64,000 nucleotides of DNA from an uncultured delta proteobacterium. GTDB taxonomy: Bacteria > Myxococcota_A > Polyangia > Polyangiales > Polyangiaceae. Below the pieces are notes generated by a model, which did not search any database, was not told the origin of the DNA, and worked only from the letters and a program-made list of their open reading frames with translations. Shown here piece after piece: positions 33,781 through 43,470 of the stretch (positions are counted from its first letter, which is position 1; each line of letters opens with the position of its first letter). The stretch lies in NCBI GenBank assembly GCA_963696385.1, contig CAVOKF010000005.1, positions 224,001 through 288,000 on the forward strand, given 5' to 3'. A program made the position numbers and the translations under genes.

Positions 33781-35847
33781 CTAGGGACTTTGCACGTCGC
33801 GCACGACCGCATTTCCCGCCGCGTCGAACGCGCGTACGGCAACGACGTGGGGGCCCCCAACTGCCGATGCCATCAGCGGAGTGAGATCGAAGTCGATCGT
33901 CTCGTCGGCCGTATCGAAGATGCCGTCGATCGGCGCGATCGGTCGCCATTCCGGACGGCCGTCGAGCCCAATTTCGACTCGCGCGATGGGGCCGAGCCCG
34001 TCGACCACCTCGGCGCGCAGTCGCCGTCCTTGGACCGCGATCGTCTTGAAGACGGGTGGGGTATTGTCCACGAGGATCGGGGGGCTCTCGAGTGCAAAGT
34101 GCGTCGCGTCCGCAGGCGGGTTGGCGATCTCGTCACTCGCATCGACCCGAACGCGGTACTTTCCTTCGGGCAAGCCGATCGTATCCCAGTCGAGCTCCGG
34201 CTTGGTCAGCACGACGTCACGTGGCAGGGCGTCGAACCAGCGCGGCGAAGCTTCCTCGCGGAACTGGACTCGATATCGGAGCTCGTCGTTGTCGGGGTTG
34301 TCGACCTTCCAAACTACATGGATGACGCTGTCGTGTCTCGGCGGCTCGCTACCGCTCGCGGGAATCGACTCCTTCGAAGGTGCGCCTCGGTCTCGGGCGC
34401 TGACCTCCGTGACTACGGCTCGTAGGTTTTGGGTAATGAATGCGAGTGTGATGTCCGAGATCGTGGCCGCGGCGTCCTTCAGGCGCGCGCGCACTTGGAC
34501 GAGGCGTCCTGGGGGGCTCGGCATCGCACCCCCCTCGGCAATTGGGACGCTCCAGGCACTCCACGTTGCGTCGGGCGTTAGTGTGTCGCCCGAGCGCGTA
34601 GAGACCTCGACCAGTCCCGTGCCTCGCCACGTCAGATGGCCGAAGCGTGCTCGTAGGCCCGCGTCGAGGGGCTTGCTCGTCCACACGGAATCGGGTCCTC
34701 CGATGGACACGATGCGATGGTAGACGGCCGGATCGCTGCCAATGATGAATCGGGTGCGGCCCCAAAGGCCCATTGCGCCAATCTGCCGCTCGGTCGTATC
34801 GGCGACGAGCGAAACGGCATGGGTCTCGTCGACCGTATAGACTCGACCCTCGGCGCCGGTGCCGACGAAGGGTGCCCCGCGCGCATCGACGACGAGCGAC
34901 AAATAGTGAAACTCGTCGTGATGCATCAGGCGCTCGGGACGCCCCTGGGCGTCAAAGCGCCACAACGAGCCCTTTCCGAGCTTCGCGTGGGCCACTGTGG
35001 ACGGCCCCGGCGGGTTACGACTGCTGGCGGCGTGTCCATGGGAAGCTGCATCGGAGTTTTCGCTCGCCGGGCCGCTCGGCTCCTCGTTCGCTATCGCGTA
35101 AACGGCCCCGCCGGGGCCTTTGGCGATCGCGTGTACGTCGCCCCCCCGGAAGTCTGAGAGAACCGTCGCGCGCCCGGGCGCAGTGATGCGGTAGAGTAAC
35201 GCCTTACCGCTCGTTCCAGCGTAGACGGCGCCATCGTCCCCGACCGCCAGGGACACGACGAACGGGTCGCTCGTTTTGAAGTAGATGCTCGATGTTCTAT
35301 CGGATGCTACCCGCACGACCGCGCCATCCGAGCCGGTGCCCGCGAAGAGACCGCCGGCCGCATCGGTTGCTAGCGAGAAGACTGCGTCCACGCCGGGGAG
35401 CGTCGCGTAAATTTCGGCCTTGCCATCGGAGACGCGGTAAATCCGCCCGCTGGTTGTCGCCGCGTAGATGACTCCGGCCCGGTCGCTCGCGAGCGCGTTG
35501 ACGGCGCTTTCCTTGGTGTCAGCGAAAACGGTTGCTCCATCGTTGGCAATCCGAACGATCTTGCCGCCCGACGTCGGCCCCGTGCCGACGAGCACGGTGC
35601 CGTCGGTCATCGTCATGGCGCATGTTGCGGTCGTGCCAGCATCGGTTGGCAGCGGGATCGCGCCGAGCGTCCACCCGGCCCGAACCACGCCGTCGGACCC
35701 GATGCTCGCGCCTTGCACGTCGCCGCCCGAGAGTTTGTCGAGCGAGTCCAGCTCGAAGGTTCGCGTACCGACGGCCGAAGCGTTGTCGGTCGCGAGCAGG
35801 CTGGCCGCGGCCATCGCTCCGACGGCGAAACACCCGGTAAGGCGCAT
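33781..35847 (-). CDS. Secreted beta-propeller protein with C-terminal FN3/Ig-like domains
   Basis: Signal peptide ending ASA; blades VNALASDRAGVIYAAT, VFSLATDAAGGLFAGTG, VVSLAVGDDGAVYAGTS; WDTIGLPEGKYRVRVDASD. Confidence 0.8.
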   Translation of the reverse strand: MRLTGCFAVGAMAAASLLATDNASAVGTRTFELDSLDKLSGGDVQGASIGSDGVVRAGWTLGAIPLPTDAGTTATCAMTMTDGTVLVGTGPTSGGKIVRIANDGATVFADTKESAVNALASDRAGVIYAATTSGRIYRVSDGKAEIYATLPGVDAVFSLATDAAGGLFAGTGSDGAVVRVASDRTSSIYFKTSDPFVVSLAVGDDGAVYAGTSGKALLYRITAPGRATVLSDFRGGDVHAIAKGPGGAVYAIANEEPSGPASENSDAASHGHAASSRNPPGPSTVAHAKLGKGSLWRFDAQGRPERLMHHDEFHYLSLVVDARGAPFVGTGAEGRVYTVDETHAVSLVADTTERQIGAMGLWGRTRFIIGSDPAVYHRIVSIGGPDSVWTSKPLDAGLRARFGHLTWRGTGLVEVSTRSGDTLTPDATWSAWSVPIAEGGAMPSPPGRLVQVRARLKDAAATISDITLAFITQNLRAVVTEVSARDRGAPSKESIPASGSEPPRHDSVIHVVWKVDNPDNDELRYRVQFREEASPRWFDALPRDVVLTKPELDWDTIGLPEGKYRVRVDASDEIANPPADATHFALESPPILVDNTPPVFKTIAVQGRRLRAEVVDGLGPIARVEIGLDGRPEWRPIAPIDGIFDTADETIDFDLTPLMASAVGGPHVVAVRAFDAAGNAVVRDVQSP

Positions 35848-35893
35848 TGGGCCCTCTTACACTGCTTCGAGGGGCGAAGCGAAGCGACTCACT

Positions 35894-36029
35894 TCAGGGC
35901 AGGCCGTCACCGCAGTGCGGGCAGAAACGACTATTGGGTTGAATCCCGTTACCGCACGCGGGGCAGTCGGCCTTGGTTTCGTTGCCGCATTGCGGACAAT
36001 CTTCGTAGTTCTGAACGAATCAGCGCCAT
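35894..36029 (-). CDS. Small zinc-ribbon protein (about 44 aa), frameshifted near its 5' end; not in ORF track
   Basis: Reads QNYEDCPQCGNETKADCPACGNGIQPNSRFCPHCGDGLP*; ATG at 36029 is one base out of frame. Confidence 0.65.
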
Positions 36030-36037
36030 CCCGTTTT

Positions 36038-37009
36038 TCACGGCTCGGTCGGATCGGCGCAGCAGCGAAACCCGGTCGAATAGTCGTGGTACGTGAACTC
36101 GTGCGCGACGGTCCGGTAGGAGCAGCCGTCGCCATTCAGGTGGGTATCGAGGTAGTAGCCCCCCTGGAACGTGCCGTTCGGATCGCTCGTCCACTCGTGC
36201 AGGTTGCCGACCATATCGTAAACCCCGTACTCGTTCGTACACTCGTCGTGCGAACCGGTGGGGGCGAGCGTCGCCTCGAGCTGGTTGAGTCGGGGGTCGT
36301 TCATCTCGGTCATTCCGACGAGACTCCAGGACTTGGAGACCTGAGGATAAAGGCGCATCATTGGGCTCTTGCCTCGATCGTTGCATCGGCCGGCCACCCG
36401 CTCGTTGCCATAGCCGAACTTTTGCTTCCGCGGTCCCATACACGCTTTTCGCCACTCGACCGGCGCGCACAGCCGTTTGCCGGCGGCAGCGCACGTCTGC
36501 GCGGCTTGCGAGCCACTGATGTACGCTTGAGGGATGACGTTTGCCCGGCTCACAGCCCGCAGCACATGACCTTCTTGCAGTGGGCCATAAGGAAGCCACG
36601 ATTGCTCGCTGCCATTTGGAAGAACCTCGACGAGCGAGGCTTCCCACCGATCGACGCAGAAGCGGTCATCGACATTTGCCATGTCAGCCGGGCAGCTGGC
36701 GCCCGTGGTTGCTGCCCGGATCTCCCCTTCCAATACTCGGAACGTGCCCGTTCGCCGGGTCGCCTTGGTCGACAAATGCGCGGGGGCTCCGACTTCCTCG
36801 AAATGCGACGCGATATGCACGGTCCCTCGCCCCGCCATTTGCGCGGAAACGGGCCCGGTATCGTTTGCCCGGGCGTCATCGGTCGCCGAGACGGCGATTG
36901 AAAGACCAGCCAGGGCGGGCGGGAGTAACGCGATCAGTCGACGCAAGGTATCCTGACGCGTAACAGACTTCGCAGCGGCCTGGAACCCCGGTTGAGATGG
37001 GCTCGCCAA
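36038..37009 (-). CDS. Formylglycine-generating enzyme (SUMF1/FGE-sulfatase) fold protein, secreted
   Basis: CPADM..VDRWE, CAAAGKRLC..EW.KAC, GVYDMVGNLHEW, GFRCC; start uncertain. Confidence 0.85.
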   Translation of the reverse strand: MASPSQPGFQAAAKSVTRQDTLRRLIALLPPALAGLSIAVSATDDARANDTGPVSAQMAGRGTVHIASHFEEVGAPAHLSTKATRRTGTFRVLEGEIRAATTGASCPADMANVDDRFCVDRWEASLVEVLPNGSEQSWLPYGPLQEGHVLRAVSRANVIPQAYISGSQAAQTCAAAGKRLCAPVEWRKACMGPRKQKFGYGNERVAGRCNDRGKSPMMRLYPQVSKSWSLVGMTEMNDPRLNQLEATLAPTGSHDECTNEYGVYDMVGNLHEWTSDPNGTFQGGYYLDTHLNGDGCSYRTVAHEFTYHDYSTGFRCCADPTEP

Positions 37010-37182
37010 TTGAGTCGTACCTTTGGCTTCCTTGGACCGCCCGACCGCTTGTCTGGGGCCGTCGCGTTTCCGGCAAGGAGGGGCCTTCGTGTTCGGCCTC
37101 TTCCGCGTGCTGACTCAATGACCGCTTGCGCGTGCCATGCGGCCGAGCGTGGCGGCCGGAACGTCCGCAGCAAGGTTGCGCG

Positions 37183-39054
37183 TCAACGCAGAACGCTACG
37201 GACTTTTACTTTCACCTTGTCGCGACCGTCGACGTACATGTCGAGCGGAAATATGGTGCGCGACCAGCTCTGAAACGTGTCGGGTCCCGTGTCGCTGCTT
37301 TGGGGCCGCAACGCGTCGAGTATGAATGTCGGGAGGCGCTGGGTCACGTGACCGTGGTACGCGATTCCCTGCGACGATACACGAAATTGCACGACGATAG
37401 CCCGAGGCGTTACGGTTTGCCGGGGTTCGTTCGCGAGGAGCTCGTTTAGATTTTCGGGCGCCGCCAGTTCCGGTACGACGTCGTACCCGGGTACGATTTC
37501 GAGTTCGACGTCCTTACCTGCGAGCTCTTGCGGCATGGCCACGTCGACGACGGGCATCAGCTCGGGTCCATCGTCGGGCGCGAGATGCAAGCGCAAGCGC
37601 GCTCTGGCGCCGGCGTCCACCACCGGGTCGAGCACCTCGACGCCGCGCAACTTCCACAAGTCGTGTGCGTACTTGACCTCAAATCGAGCGCGCACACCGT
37701 CGATGCGAACATGCTCCCAGGGGTTATTGAGCACGTCCCCGATCGTATTGACGAGCTTCGAGTGCATCCATTCGGACGAGTCCGGTGAGCCGCCGCTCGA
37801 GAGGCCGACGTCCTCGAGTTCGACCGTTCCGTGGCCCGCGACAGTTACCCGCGACGTAAGCTTCCAGGTCAAGTCGCGGCGTTCGCTTGCGGTCGCTTCG
37901 ATAACCAATCCGACAACGACCGAGGCAAGGCTCGGGGCCAGGAACTTGTCGTCGGTGAGTTCGGCGTGCCAATGCGTGCGAGGCGCTCCCGCTACCCCGT
38001 CGATGTCGATATCGATGGGGACGACCGGGGCCGTGACCCTCTCATCCACCACGATGGCGGCCTGCCGGTCTTGCACCAGTGTTCCGAGGGGCCGCGCGCA
38101 CTCCCCGACCTTGTGCGAGGCCTGGGCGCTCGCGTTGACCCAGAGGACGCGCCCGATGCACGCGGGGATCGCCTCATCGCCGCCGTTGAGCATGGGGTGC
38201 CCGAAACCGGCCAATTTGCCGGTGCCGTCCACGAACGTGGCCGTTCCAAGGCCCATCATCGAGACATCGCCGCGAGCGAGCTCAACGCCGAGCCCGCCGC
38301 CGTTGACGAAATGCGTTGGCGCGTCCGGATCCGAGCTCGTTCCCCCGCCTCCTTCGAGTGGCTCGAGGCCAAGCGGCTCCAAGAGCGCTCGGAGCGCGCT
38401 CGCGGCGCGGTCGCCAACGCCTGCCATCATGAGCGGCGTCGCCGCCGGCACCAGTCCGCGCGCCGGATCCGGCCGTGCCCCCATTCGATGGGCAAGCTGA
38501 CGGGCGTGCTCCAGCAGGTCGTAGTGTCCTGGCGGCCCCTCGAACGTCGTCATGGAGGCGTGCGCCCGTCGAGCCGGAGGCGGCGATGCCCCCGGCAGGG
38601 GACTTCCACCCTGAAGAGGCCAAAATCCTGGCGGGACTGGCCGGTGAAGTTCAGTGAGCATGAGGTCGATCGGGGTCACCCCGGCAACCGGTTCGACCTC
38701 GAACGACGACAGGCTATACGAGTAAGCGCCGGCCAAGCGCCCATCGAGGTAGATGGGACTGCCGCTCATGCCGCGGACCGTCTTGAGAACGTCGAGTCGC
38801 GGATCCGGCGTCTTTATGACGATGAGCTCCTGGCCTGGACGAAAGTGACTGAGGACACCGATCACTTCAACGGCGAAGCGCTCCGGCTGAGTCCCCTTGA
38901 AGACGGTCAGTCCATAGCCCTTCATGCCATCCCGGATTTCAGCAACGGAGATCGTAACGGGTTTCGCGTCGCCTCGCGCCAATGGCATGATGGCCCCGAC
39001 CGCAACCACGACTCCAGTTGCCAGGGCAAAAAGCACGGCCGACGGATTTCGCAC
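37183..39054 (-). CDS. SpoIVB peptidase S55-domain protein, secreted
   Basis: GMKGYGLTVFKG..F.VEVIG, GMSGSPIYLDGRLAGA, GTATFVD..GFGHP; GTG 39054 precedes a signal-like helix. Confidence 0.85.
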   Translation of the reverse strand: MRNPSAVLFALATGVVVAVGAIMPLARGDAKPVTISVAEIRDGMKGYGLTVFKGTQPERFAVEVIGVLSHFRPGQELIVIKTPDPRLDVLKTVRGMSGSPIYLDGRLAGAYSYSLSSFEVEPVAGVTPIDLMLTELHRPVPPGFWPLQGGSPLPGASPPPARRAHASMTTFEGPPGHYDLLEHARQLAHRMGARPDPARGLVPAATPLMMAGVGDRAASALRALLEPLGLEPLEGGGGTSSDPDAPTHFVNGGGLGVELARGDVSMMGLGTATFVDGTGKLAGFGHPMLNGGDEAIPACIGRVLWVNASAQASHKVGECARPLGTLVQDRQAAIVVDERVTAPVVPIDIDIDGVAGAPRTHWHAELTDDKFLAPSLASVVVGLVIEATASERRDLTWKLTSRVTVAGHGTVELEDVGLSSGGSPDSSEWMHSKLVNTIGDVLNNPWEHVRIDGVRARFEVKYAHDLWKLRGVEVLDPVVDAGARARLRLHLAPDDGPELMPVVDVAMPQELAGKDVELEIVPGYDVVPELAAPENLNELLANEPRQTVTPRAIVVQFRVSSQGIAYHGHVTQRLPTFILDALRPQSSDTGPDTFQSWSRTIFPLDMYVDGRDKVKVKVRSVLR

Positions 39055-39349
39055 GGCGTAGAGCTTCGCCCGCCGAGCCTGCGCGCGCAAACGTTCGCGT
39101 ACGGGTGTCCAGCCTTTTGCAGGTTGCGCCACGGTTCCGGCCGGGGACAATGTCCACAAGGGCTGAATGGTCTGCCTTGGGCTGGGCCTATGCGCGCCGC
39201 CGGGTGACTCGACAGGAAGCTTTCGGCATGCCGACCGGTTTGTCGTGCGGCCGCGTGGCTGGACCACGTGTCCCCCGGCGAACGATATGGCCCCGAAACG
39301 CCAATGCAATGCCCCAGCGCCGTCGACCGTTCACATTGAGGTAACGAGG

Positions 39350-40103
39350 ATGCGCGCGCCATTGTCAACGACCGAGGCACGTGCCTTTGAGCTGTCGATG
39401 CCCGAGCGCTATCGCACCATGTTTGGCGCGAGCGATGCGTCCGAACACGCCGCGATCGTCGCTCGCCGCAGGGACTCTGTGGCTCACGTTGAGGTCTGGC
39501 GGCCCCTTGCGAAGGGAGGTGCGCTCCTGTGTGTGGTGGCCGACGATCGGCCAGGACTTTTATCCTTCATCAGCGCCTCGCTCGTCGTGAGCGACATCGA
39601 CGTGGACTCGGCGCAGATTTATACGCGCATCGTTCCCGAGGGCGGGCACCGCGAGGCCGTGGACCTGCTCTGGGCCCGGCGCTCCGCGGGTGCGTCGCGC
39701 CCGGTGCTCACGGCGGACGTCGAGCGAGTCGCGAAAGTGCTGCGCAGCCTCGTAACGGGCCAGACGACGCTCGAGCAGGTCGTGCGTCAGGCGCGCCCGG
39801 CGCGTCCAGCGCCGCCGGGCGCTTCCACTCGCGTCACGTTCGACGAGAATCGTCGATGCGGAGCTGGGTGTGCTCACCGTCGAGACCTTCGACCGCCCGG
39901 GTCTCTTGCTCGCCATCGCCCGAGCGCTTTTCCGTGCACGTGTCCAGATTGTGGCTTCCGAGGCGACGACCCGAAACGGACGGGTCGTCGATCGCTTCAC
40001 CATCGCCGAGTTCGATGGGACGCCCATTCGGGCCGGGCGCCGTGGCGTCGTGCAGATGGAGGTTCTCGGCGCCATCGAGGCGTTGGGACAAGGACTGCGG
40101 TAG
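39350..40103 (+). CDS. Tandem ACT-domain protein resembling the GlnD C-terminus, frameshift near 39847
   Basis: ADDRPGLLSFIS..AQIYT and TFDRPGLLLAIARAL..VVDRF lie in adjacent frames. Confidence 0.75.
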
Positions 40104-40118
40104 CTTCGGGGACCGACG

Positions 40119-40292
40119 TCAGCCCTTTTCCGAGCTCTTCCGCGGCGCGTCGGGGGCGCTAGGGGCGTAGCCAGCAACATGGACCGGGAAGGGGGGGGTG
40201 CCGAGACGGCGACGCTCGCGCTTGTTCCGCTTGCCGTTTGTCGTCATCTTCCGCTTGCGAATGCGCTCGAACTGTTGACTCGAGGACACCAT
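40119..40292 (-). CDS. Small basic protein (57 aa)
   Basis: MVSSSQQFERIRKRKMTTNGKRNKRERRRLGTPPFPVH...; GGAG SD and its own promoter upstream. Confidence 0.7.
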   Translation of the reverse strand: MVSSSQQFERIRKRKMTTNGKRNKRERRRLGTPPFPVHVAGYAPSAPDAPRKSSEKG

Positions 40293-40339
40293 GGTGAAGC
40301 TTCTCCGAATTTCCTGAGCTCGGGTCCAACTGGCGGAGG

Positions 40340-40368
40340 AAGATGCCGGCACCCGGTTGGTTTGTCAA
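40340..40368 (-). promoter_or_regulatory. Sigma-70 promoter for the small basic protein
   Basis: TTGACA-17 nt-CATCTT. Confidence 0.6.
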
Positions 40369-40446
40369 CCGAGCCGCGGCAGCCTCGCTCCGGCGCCTTC
40401 GTGGCTCCTGGGGGCGCGGTCCGCTAAGAGTCCACCGACAATCGCC

Positions 40447-41757
40447 ATGGTCGATACGGCCTCCGTCACCGAGGAATTGAAATCCGCCCTCGCAACAGAG
40501 GAAGGGCCACGTCGTTGGGTGCGTCGGCTCACCGCAACGGGCGGGATGTCCATCGCGCTCGCGGTCGGTATCCTCTGGAGCGCCAAGCACCGACCTCCTC
40601 CACCCCCCCGATTCGTTTCGGCGGTCGTCGCCGTCGGCGACGTCATCGAGCGCGTCCAGGCCACGGGTACGGTGCAACCGCTTCTCCAGGTGAACGTCGG
40701 AGCGCAGGTCAATGGGCGCGTCACTCAGGTATTTGTCGATTACAACTCGATCGTTAAGAAAGGAGAGGTGCTCGCCGAGATCGACCCGCTCATTTACGGA
40801 ACCCAAGTGAGCGCGCAGGAGGCCAACCTCGCTTCCCAGAAGGCGCTGCTCCTGCAGGCCAGAGCAGCAGCAGCCGGCAATCGGGCGCAGCTCGCGTCGG
40901 CGAGGCTCGTGCTCGAGCGAACCCAGCGGCTCTTCGCGCAGAACCTCGCCAGCCACGCCGACCTTGACACGGCAAGCGGGAACTACAACACGGCAAGTGC
41001 CCAATACGACGCGGCCGAGGCGAATGTGCAGAGCCAGCAGGCATCGATTGCCGCTCAGACCGCTCAACTTCACCAGTCGACAGCCAACCTGAGTTACACG
41101 AAAATCTATTCGCCGGTCGACGGAATGGTCGTCACGCGAGGAATCGATCCCGGGGCGACGGTCGTTGCGAGTTTTCAGGCTCCAGTTCTGTTCGTAATAG
41201 CGCAGGACCTTCGACACATGCGCGTGCTCGCTGATGTCGACGAGGCGGACGTCGGAAAGATTGACGAGGGCATGGACGCCGACTGCGTGGTCGATGCATT
41301 CCCCGGCGACGTGTTTCACGGCACGCTGTCTCAGATTCGGTACAGCCCGAACAACGTCTCCGGTGTGGTGACCTATTCGGCCGTCGTGGACGTCGAGAAC
41401 CCCGAGGCAAAGCTTCGCCCGGGAATGACGACGACGATCACCGTGCACACGCATGAGGTCCATGGCGTGCCGCGCATTCCGAACGCCGCTCTTCGCTATC
41501 GCCCGACGCCGGCCAATGGGTCGGACGGCAAGCCGGTCGCGCAGGCTCCGGAGGTACCGCTCCTGAAGAATCAAGGACGTGTCTGGGTCCTTTCGAGCGA
41601 CCGTCCGGGCGAAGAGAATGACACGCCCCGGATCGTGTCGATTGGAATCACCGACGGTATGTACACGGAAGTGACCGATTCATCGCTCACTGTCGGGACT
41701 AGGGTCGTTACCGACGCGACTGACGTTGATGCGAAGAAGAACAAGAAGGCGTTCTGA
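40447..41757 (+). CDS. MacA-type periplasmic adaptor (membrane fusion protein)
   Basis: N-terminal TM, ATGTVQP..VNVGAQVNG, IYSPVDG, VDEADVG, LRPGMT. Confidence 0.92.
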   Translation: MVDTASVTEELKSALATEEGPRRWVRRLTATGGMSIALAVGILWSAKHRPPPPPRFVSAVVAVGDVIERVQATGTVQPLLQVNVGAQVNGRVTQVFVDYNSIVKKGEVLAEIDPLIYGTQVSAQEANLASQKALLLQARAAAAGNRAQLASARLVLERTQRLFAQNLASHADLDTASGNYNTASAQYDAAEANVQSQQASIAAQTAQLHQSTANLSYTKIYSPVDGMVVTRGIDPGATVVASFQAPVLFVIAQDLRHMRVLADVDEADVGKIDEGMDADCVVDAFPGDVFHGTLSQIRYSPNNVSGVVTYSAVVDVENPEAKLRPGMTTTITVHTHEVHGVPRIPNAALRYRPTPANGSDGKPVAQAPEVPLLKNQGRVWVLSSDRPGEENDTPRIVSIGITDGMYTEVTDSSLTVGTRVVTDATDVDAKKNKKAF

Positions 41758-43022
41758 TGGCGGCCGTCTCGTCTCTCGAACGGCCGGCGCTCATCGAACT
41801 CGTGCGTGTTTCGAAGGAGTACGAGACTGGGGGGACGGTCGTACGCGCGATGCGCGAAGTCGACCTTTCGGTTGCGCGCGGCGAATTCGTGGCCATCGTC
41901 GGCGCGAGCGGGTCGGGCAAATCGACGATGATGAACATCATCGGGTGTCTCGATCGTCCGACGCGTGGGACCTATACGCTGGCCGGCATCGCGGTTGGGA
42001 ATCGGTCAGGCGACTCTCGCGCCATCGTTCGCAACCGCGTCATCGGCTTCATCTTCCAGGGGTTCAACTTGCTGCCCCGTACGACCGCGCTCGAAAACGT
42101 CGAGCTACCCCTGCAGTACAGGGGGATCGGCCTGCGCGATCGCCGCAGGCGCGCCCGCGCCGTGCTCGAAGCCGTCGGTCTCGGCGACCGACTGGATCAT
42201 ACGCCGCACCAACTCTCGGGCGGCCAGCAGCAACGGGTGGCCATTGCCCGCGCGCTCGTGACCGATCCACCTCTTTTACTGGCCGACGAGCCGACCGGAA
42301 ACCTCGACACCCGCACGAGTCTCGAAGTGCTGGCTCTTCTCCAGAGGCTCAACCGCGAGCTCCGCATCACCATCGTCCTCGTTACGCATGAACAGGAAAT
42401 CGCTGGCTGCGCTTCGCGGGTGGTTACGATGCGCGACGGGCGGATCGTCGGCGATGTGGTGCAAGAGCGACCTCTCGATGCGGCCCGCGAGCTAGCGCGC
42501 CTGCCTTTGGACGATCGCAATGACCCGGGCCCGGCCGAGGGCGATGTCGGTGGCGTCGGCGGCGCGGCAGGCACCCCGCCCGTAGGTGTTTTTGCGCTCA
42601 TGCTCGTCGTGCAGGTCTCCGGCTTTGCTCTGGCGATGCTCTACTGCCGCGGCCTCGTGGGTCTCGGCGTGGCAAAGTCGCTCTGGATCGGACTCTTGGC
42701 CGGCGAAGTGACGATGACGTGGGCTGCCGCGCAATGGGCGAGACGGCGTTTCGGAAGGCCTACGACGGTCGACCAGCGTGCGCGGATCGCTTTCGGCTAC
42801 ACGATGGCTGTGACGTGCGGCCTGATGGCGGCCATGCTCGTCGCGTACGCTCTCGTTCCAGGGCGCGAGCGTACGCCTTCCGTTGTCGCACAGGTGCTCG
42901 CCGTAGCCGAAGGCGGCATGCCTAACGCCTGCGTGATCCTCGCTGGGGGCGTTTTTGCGTTTCTCTCCGGCACAATACTATTTCGCTACTTGCTCCTGAC
43001 CGCCTTTGGACGGGGGCCTTGA
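41757..43022 (+). CDS. MacB/LolD-type ABC ATPase fused to a C-terminal ~4-TM domain
   Basis: [45 protein letters not shown]; hydrophobic C-terminal ~150 aa. Confidence 0.9.
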   Translation: MAAVSSLERPALIELVRVSKEYETGGTVVRAMREVDLSVARGEFVAIVGASGSGKSTMMNIIGCLDRPTRGTYTLAGIAVGNRSGDSRAIVRNRVIGFIFQGFNLLPRTTALENVELPLQYRGIGLRDRRRRARAVLEAVGLGDRLDHTPHQLSGGQQQRVAIARALVTDPPLLLADEPTGNLDTRTSLEVLALLQRLNRELRITIVLVTHEQEIAGCASRVVTMRDGRIVGDVVQERPLDAARELARLPLDDRNDPGPAEGDVGGVGGAAGTPPVGVFALMLVVQVSGFALAMLYCRGLVGLGVAKSLWIGLLAGEVTMTWAAAQWARRRFGRPTTVDQRARIAFGYTMAVTCGLMAAMLVAYALVPGRERTPSVVAQVLAVAEGGMPNACVILAGGVFAFLSGTILFRYLLLTAFGRGP

Positions 43023-43023
43023 C

Positions 43024-43470
43024 ATGGGTGGCGCCAGCCCGGAGGACCGACTGTCGGCCGAGGCTTCATCCGCGGGCGTGGTTTTCGCAGCGATGCTCGT
43101 CGCGACGGTCGCCGGACAACTGGTCGGCATGGCCGTGGACGCAGCGATGGGATCACGTTCTTTCTGGGTACCTATCGGGTCCAGCGTCGTGTTCGAGGGG
43201 ATTGCAGGGGCACGGGTCGCGGCGTCGCGTTGGGGACGGCCGCTGACGGTTCGAGAAAGCTGGCGCGTCTCGTTGATGTACTCGCTCGCATGGCTCGCAA
43301 TTACGGCTCCCCTTGCGGTGTGGGTTTGCTTGTCGAGAGGCCCTGTCTCAGGCTCTTTGCCGGGCCCCATGTGGACCCTCGGGGGGTTGGCGCTGGCGCT
43401 CGGTGCGCTTGTGGCAGCGACCCTCTTGCGCTGGGCCGTTCTGGTCGCGTCCGCGCCGAGGACGAGATGA
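43024..43470 (+). CDS. Small ~4-TM membrane protein, paralog of the ATPase C-terminal domain
   Basis: Hydrophobic segments; stop overlaps the next ATG (ATGA). Confidence 0.75.
   Translation: MGGASPEDRLSAEASSAGVVFAAMLVATVAGQLVGMAVDAAMGSRSFWVPIGSSVVFEGIAGARVAASRWGRPLTVRESWRVSLMYSLAWLAITAPLAVWVCLSRGPVSGSLPGPMWTLGGLALALGALVAATLLRWAVLVASAPRTR

Noticed and set aside
36020..36040. Selenocysteine or TGA readthrough fusing the FGE protein to the zinc ribbon
   Set aside because: Needs two TGAs read through, neither in a CxxC position, and no clear SECIS hairpin; many genes here stop at TGA, so the genetic code is standard
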